Shown here: positions 59,008 to 64,000 of the stretch, one piece after another | How positions within the stretch are numbered: the stretch's first letter is position 1 | Layout: every line of letters starts with the position of its first letter | Assembly (NCBI GenBank): GCA_964019335.1 | Contig: OZ025714.1 | Span: 1-64,000, forward strand | DNA from: Diplonema japonicum | Taxonomy: Eukaryota; Protista; Euglenozoa: Diplonemea | DNA length: 64,000 nt | Direction: 5' to 3' | The notes under the pieces: generated by a model | Seen by the model: only the letters and a program-made list of their open reading frames with translations | Told to the model about the DNA's origin: nothing | Databases searched by the model: none | Translations under genes and position numbers: made by a program

Positions 59008-60770
59008 AGACGACCCCTTCAGCGTGACGACCCCGACAGCTCGCCGTACGGTGCATCGGGGTACTTTTTTGCTGGCAATGCCAGTGACACCAAACCTTTT
59101 CGGATGCTGTCTTGCAAGCCCTTCAGCGTGACGCCGGGTTCTAGATCGTCTTCGAACAAACACCGCTCATTGCAGCGACGTCAGCGGGCCCAGTATGCCT
59201 CCCGCGCAGCATGTTGGCCACGATGGTCTCATTCCGGATCATCACCAAGCATGAATACGTCCTGTTGCACGATGATGCTTCCCCATCGAGGTGTACAGAA
59301 TGCGTGAGGTTCTATGTGATGTTGTACCCGGGTTGCAGGTTGAACACGGCGTGCCCGGTGTGCTCGTCCGTCCGCATCACAGCTTGGTAGTAGTTGGTGG
59401 AGTAGTCTTCCAGCGGACCGTCGACCACGAAATCAGGTTCCGATGAATGTGAGATCCTGACGCGCATCTCGGACTCCCTCTCCATGAGGGAGAATCTCGT
59501 AATACCCCCGAGGTTGCTCCATGACCCGAAGCCCCCAAGCGAGATGGGCCCGTCGCCAAGCCAGAACCCGATAAGACGGTGGAATGCTGTGGATGCAAGG
59601 AGGCTTCCGTAGGAAAACTGCGACGAAACGAAGGCCTCTACAGCACCCCACGGCGACGAATACGAACGAACCCTGGCCAACCCTGGGACCGGGTACTGGT
59701 AAGGAAGGTATGAATCAGGGTTCGGGTTGTACATTTCTGCGACTTGCGCGTAGTTTTTCGAACGGAGGAACGGTTGCAGCTGCCCGCGGTACGGATTTCC
59801 GCAGGGACGCGAACATCGCACCGCTCCTCATTGCGGAAAGAATGCTTGCTGGGTACGCCATAGGAGCGGGCGGGATAACAGCGGGATCGGCGTTCTTCTC
59901 AACATAACTCATCGAGAAGTTCGCGATGGTATCATCTGAATCCACGAACGGCAGACCCACTCGCATGTCGAAGATATCTGTTCCGCTGGGCGACAAGCCG
60001 GTCAGGTCGTACTTCATGAACAAGGTGTTGGTGTATGTTACTTCGACATAAACGGTGAGCTCGCCGACTGTGTCGAAGGTGTTTTTGATATCTGATGAGA
60101 TCTGCTGGCCTTGAAGGACTGCCTTCAGCTCGAAGGTTTCTCCTTTGAAAGTGCCGATTTGAACCTCGGCAAGCTTTCTCCCGCTTCCGTCCTCCGCGTA
60201 CCGCGCAGTTTTTGCGCGTCCGCAGAAGAGAGGAAAACCGTGTCTTCCGCGGTGAGAGAGGTCCCCAAAACGCTTTGCATCGCTATCAGGGACGACGATT
60301 TGAGGAAAACGGTTTCGTTTTTGAAATCCAGGTTTTTAAGAGAGAAGGAAATCCGGTTGGGGTGCATTGCGTCGCTGGGGCGTCCGGGGATCGTGTCTAC
60401 ATAACTCTCAACCTCAACGTCCAGAGAAGGCGTAACATTCACAGGCGCGCTTGCGTTTTCGACAGATGTCAGCCAGTTAGGTTGCGCGGTTTGCGGGATC
60501 AACCACCCGCTGATTTTCTTTAGAGTGAAGCTGTGCAGCGTAGTGATCTGTGAGTGGGATTTTACCACGAAACGCGAACAAGCCCTTCCTGCGCTGCTGC
60601 TCATATCGGTAAAGCCGACCGCCGTGCACTCCGACAATCTCGCATCGTCTTCCTTTACAATCGCCGTTTGCATATTCCAAAATATCACCCGAACGAAAAC
60701 CGAACGTATCTACGCAAGCTTCGTCGCTTACATCGAGCTCCAAGCCCCAAGCACGGGCACACCGACGGGA
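59008..60770 (-). pseudogene. Inserted, multiply frameshifted copy of unknown gene X (copy 2)
   Basis: Successive minus-strand ORFs (60477, 60125, 59715, 59312) read as one protein with frameshifts. TAG replaces the TGG of copy 1 at about 59312. No tiny introns are visible. Confidence 0.75.
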
Positions 60771-60979
60771 AGCACCCGCTTGCTGCTCCCAACATTGCAG
60801 CAACATACCGACGCCTCATTACTGCACCTGTTGTAAGTGAAATTGTAAACCTGCATTCTTATACTTTTACTCAAAACCGGTAGTCTAAGTTAAAGCACGC
60901 ATTCACTCGTAAAGTTCATGATAATGAACCACAAAACTAATGAACTCCTTTATGTTGCTAGAGGCTTCCATCGTGTCGA
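60771..60979. repeat. ~210-bp direct repeat, right copy (contains the stop codon of the upstream gene)
   Basis: See the left copy. Confidence 0.95.
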
Positions 60980-63695
60980 CGGTGACGAGCCTGTCCCTCT
61001 CGGGCTGGGGGAGGATCAGCAGCTGGGCGGCAACCTGTTCGGGGGTGTCGACCCTGTCAGCAAGGTGTGACTTGTACTTGCCCTCCGCAATGTGGTAGAT
61101 CACAGCATCCTGCAGTGCCGCCTTGTAGTCGCTGAAGAAGTCATTGTACCTCGGGTCAGCATCTCGTGACTTCGCCATGATGCGGATGAACTTCGCGTAC
61201 TTTGCGAAGAGCTTCTTGAGAGTCGTACGCCACTCCAAACTGTGCACAAGGCCCCACATGCATTCGAAGCTGTTAGCAAGCTCCCTACTCGTTGCCACCT
61301 CTTGCAACGACGACAGGTACGTCTTGTGCTTATCCCGAGCCCACACTGCAGGCGAGCCTTTGGCAAAGTTCATCCTCGCAGATCTCTTCCCTGTGTTGAT
61401 GACCGTGCTGACGGTGCTCTCTGGCTTCGAAGGCAGTGTAGGGCAAGAGGACCCAGGAGGCGGATACACCCGAGAGGAGAGGTACTGCTTAGGCACCGAC
61501 CAGTCAAGCCTCTCTGCGCTCTTCATCAACTCCTCAACAGGTAGAAGCAGCCTCAGCCCTGTGGCAATCCCCATCGGGCGGTGTAAGCGTATGTTTGCAG
61601 CCTCCCAGAACTCATCATAGGTCACCTCCTGCCGCAAGACAGCACCTAAGGGGTTGATGCTAGAGACGATGTTCGGGTCACCTCTTGAGATGCCCTCTAG
61701 GACGAGCATCGCCACGTCAAGGGTCTTCTTCTCCTCAGTGCAGTGTAGAAGCTCTTTTTCGATGGCCTGAGCCTCCGTCTGCCGCCTGCAATCGATATCG
61801 TTGTGGAGATAATTCCGCCTCTCGTTCAAAGCAGCCACCAGAGAGTCGATCTCGTCGTCGACGTGGCGGTGCAGCTCGTTCTTGTCTAAGGGCACTGTCT
61901 TCGCGAGGTCCTGTGCCGCACGGACGAGGACCTTGAGCTCTTCCTCTTTTCTACTGAGACGGGTTGACTCGACAGAACAGTGTGCAGGGAGGGCGATAAG
62001 TTGTTTCCCGGCATAACGCTCCCGCGTGCACTGCTCGCAAATGATCATTCTGTCTTCTACGCAGAAGTACTTCAGCTGTTCGTAGATGTGCCTCGTGCAC
62101 ACGAAAGGCTCGCGTAGCTTTTGATGCAGCCTCGCATGCAGCCTGTTGCTTGTATCTTCACATGTCTCGACGTAGTTGTAGACTGTTCGGATCACAGATG
62201 CAAACAGCTTCTCGTCGTCGACCGATATCTCCTTCATCATCTTGTGCTTCCTCACCTGCACAGGGTCTTCGCTCATGAAGGACTTCAAGCTTCCCACAGA
62301 AGATGTTTGCATGCTTTTCAAACTTTTCTTCATACTCGTTGCGCGTGATGACCTGCTAATGCTCAGGTCATCATCTTCTTCCTCTTCCTCTTCGTGCACT
62401 GACGTTGCTGTCATTTTCAAATCGTCCCAAATATCTGTGTTGAAGATGCAGCCCGAGTATTCGATTGCATCGTCTGTCTGTTCCTTATCCGACTTCTTGG
62501 CTGGAGTAGTTGCCCGATTGTTGACTGTCAACCTGTTACTCTTGTTGGGGTCTTCTTCAGCCTTCGTCTTCTGATACATTCCAAACGGGGGAAAGAAGCA
62601 GACCGTGTTTTGCTTTGCCGTTGCGACCTTTGCCACACCTCTGGCAGCGCCTCCAAGCTTCGTGATGCCGTGCAGCTCGCGTTGCCTGGGCTTCGTGGGT
62701 TGCGGTGCTATGAGGTTGCTTATGTCGTAGACGGGAGTGGTGGAATCGATGTTTAGTTTCCACAACCGTGTGCCGTCGTTGTACCTACTGTCGTTGGGGG
62801 GTGTGCGCATCTGCACCTTCGGTTTTGCTTTCTTTTTACCCTTTGTAGGGCGCATCGCTTCCTGAAGAGCTTGCTGCCGAAGCTCCGCCTCCTCGGCCTC
62901 CGCCTCCGCGTCGTGATAAGCGCCGATGACAATGGTGAAGGCAACACATGCCTTGTCTTGGGATATATCGAGAGGAAGCTCCACGGAAAGGGGGTGGGTG
63001 ATGGCGGGGAACCAGATGGGAAGTGCTAAGATGACGGAAAGACTGCCGACCCAGTTGACGAGGACGGGCCAGTCGGGCTGCCCGAGTGCAGAGAAGACCA
63101 TCCTGCCAAAGGTGGGGGGGTTGCCGTAGGAGGCATTAGCTTCGAGCTGTGCATGAAACACAAAGTTCAGCGTCGTAAGTGGCGTTGTGAAAATGAAGAC
63201 GACAAGCAACACAAGAGGGGGGTACGGGAGCTTCGCCTCACTCTCGAGGTCTGAACTGCTGCCGTACATGTCGGGCTGCATGGAGTACCACTTCTTGACG
63301 AGGAGCTTCTCAACGATAACAACGTCAGCAAGGTTGCATCCGAGGTTGTGCGCGATCTCAGCGTAGATGCGAAGGTAGTTCTCCGCGTGCATGACAGACA
63401 GCAAGTGATGCAGCTTGTAGATGAGATTGGCGACAAGCTGCCCCGACAAGCGCAGCGCGACGAACGGAAACAAAGCACGCGACACTGCCTCAGCAGTCAT
63501 GACGTGCTTCAGGTTCCCCACCTTCGCTTCGAGGAAATGCAACCTGTCCTCCGTCAGCGTCGGTGTTTTCTCCAGGCCTACGTAATTCGTGATGTGGCTC
63601 TGTAGCGTGGCTATGATGGCGTCATATTCCTCTTCCGTCTTTTTGTGTGGTGTGGTATCGTTTCTTCTTTTTCTTTTTTTGGGACAAGTGGCCAT
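60903..63695 (-). CDS. Hypothetical 930-aa protein with hydrophobic segments, a B-box-like motif and a coiled coil
   Basis: CTRHIYEQLKYFCVEDRMIICEQC (B-box-like) followed by a coiled coil; long intact ORF. Confidence 0.72.
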   Translation of the reverse strand: MATCPKKRKRRNDTTPHKKTEEEYDAIIATLQSHITNYVGLEKTPTLTEDRLHFLEAKVGNLKHVMTAEAVSRALFPFVALRLSGQLVANLIYKLHHLLSVMHAENYLRIYAEIAHNLGCNLADVVIVEKLLVKKWYSMQPDMYGSSSDLESEAKLPYPPLVLLVVFIFTTPLTTLNFVFHAQLEANASYGNPPTFGRMVFSALGQPDWPVLVNWVGSLSVILALPIWFPAITHPLSVELPLDISQDKACVAFTIVIGAYHDAEAEAEEAELRQQALQEAMRPTKGKKKAKPKVQMRTPPNDSRYNDGTRLWKLNIDSTTPVYDISNLIAPQPTKPRQRELHGITKLGGAARGVAKVATAKQNTVCFFPPFGMYQKTKAEEDPNKSNRLTVNNRATTPAKKSDKEQTDDAIEYSGCIFNTDIWDDLKMTATSVHEEEEEEDDDLSISRSSRATSMKKSLKSMQTSSVGSLKSFMSEDPVQVRKHKMMKEISVDDEKLFASVIRTVYNYVETCEDTSNRLHARLHQKLREPFVCTRHIYEQLKYFCVEDRMIICEQCTRERYAGKQLIALPAHCSVESTRLSRKEEELKVLVRAAQDLAKTVPLDKNELHRHVDDEIDSLVAALNERRNYLHNDIDCRRQTEAQAIEKELLHCTEEKKTLDVAMLVLEGISRGDPNIVSSINPLGAVLRQEVTYDEFWEAANIRLHRPMGIATGLRLLLPVEELMKSAERLDWSVPKQYLSSRVYPPPGSSCPTLPSKPESTVSTVINTGKRSARMNFAKGSPAVWARDKHKTYLSSLQEVATSRELANSFECMWGLVHSLEWRTTLKKLFAKYAKFIRIMAKSRDADPRYNDFFSDYKAALQDAVIYHIAEGKYKSHLADRVDTPEQVAAQLLILPQPERDRLVTVDTMEASSNIKEFISFVVHYHELYE

Positions 63696-64000
63696 ACTTT
63701 CTTGTGTGTTGCCATCAGTTGCTTCAACACCTTCACACCCCTGCCGCCTTTCTTTCCTCTTGCTTTCAACATTTTTCTTTCTCTTTCGCTGTCGTAGCAG
63801 ATTACTTACTTGTTTAGATGGAAATAGAAGAATATCTTTTGACTGTGCTACGAAAAAAACACAAAAAGGGGAGAGAATAGGTTGGTCAGTAAGAGGTGGC
63901 TAGTTAAGAAGAAGGAAAAAAAAAGAAAAGAAGAAGGGAAAGGGACAAAAAAAAAACCATGTTCTTTTGGAAAAAAAAAAGAAGAAAAGAGAAAAAATCT

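Noticed and set aside
58798-60979. LTR retrotransposon with 210-bp LTRs
   Set aside because: The repeats are host gene ends plus spacer, lack TG..CA termini, and the interior has no gag/pol motifs.

Overview
Eukaryotic nuclear DNA from a euglenozoan, most likely a diplonemid. The evidence is a near-complete spliced-leader (SL) mini-exon, a paraflagellar-rod-family gene, and about 30 protein genes all on the minus strand, as in a polycistronic unit. From about 10.3 to 52.4 kb the genes are tightly packed (often 55-100 nt from stop to next start). Many are split by tiny GT-AG introns of 29-44 nt, which explain most broken ORFs in the track. Recognisable genes: Patched/NPC1-like transporter, histidine acid phosphatase, YbjQ-repeat protein, DsbA-like protein, RIB72/EFHC1, PHO84-like transporter, LamG-repeat protein, thiolase-like protein, DIM1, divergent TruD/PUS7, FNTA, CAP-Gly-PFR, GT-A glycosyltransferase, RRM-RD-zinc-knuckle protein, tectonic, two FkbM methyltransferases and an ABC1/ADCK kinase. 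The homopolymer-rich flanks hold the mobile DNA. (i) 1-6 kb is a co-oriented relic: a CRE/SLACS-type endonuclease (RLE) fragment, a fragment of unknown gene X, the SL mini-exon lacking its first 2 nt, an Ala-rich ORF, an AlkB dioxygenase domain with intact catalytic motifs, and a second RLE with a long C-terminal extension. The best candidate for a new system is this putative SL-headed, AlkB-carrying CRE/SLACS-like retrotransposon; no reverse transcriptase is visible, so the linkage is inferred. (ii) 55080-56660 is an internally deleted Mutator/foldback element with TIRs and a 9-bp TSD. (iii) 59008-60770 is a second, frameshifted copy of gene X flanked by a ~210-bp duplication of a whole intergenic region. 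All family calls come from motif reading by eye; no searches were run.
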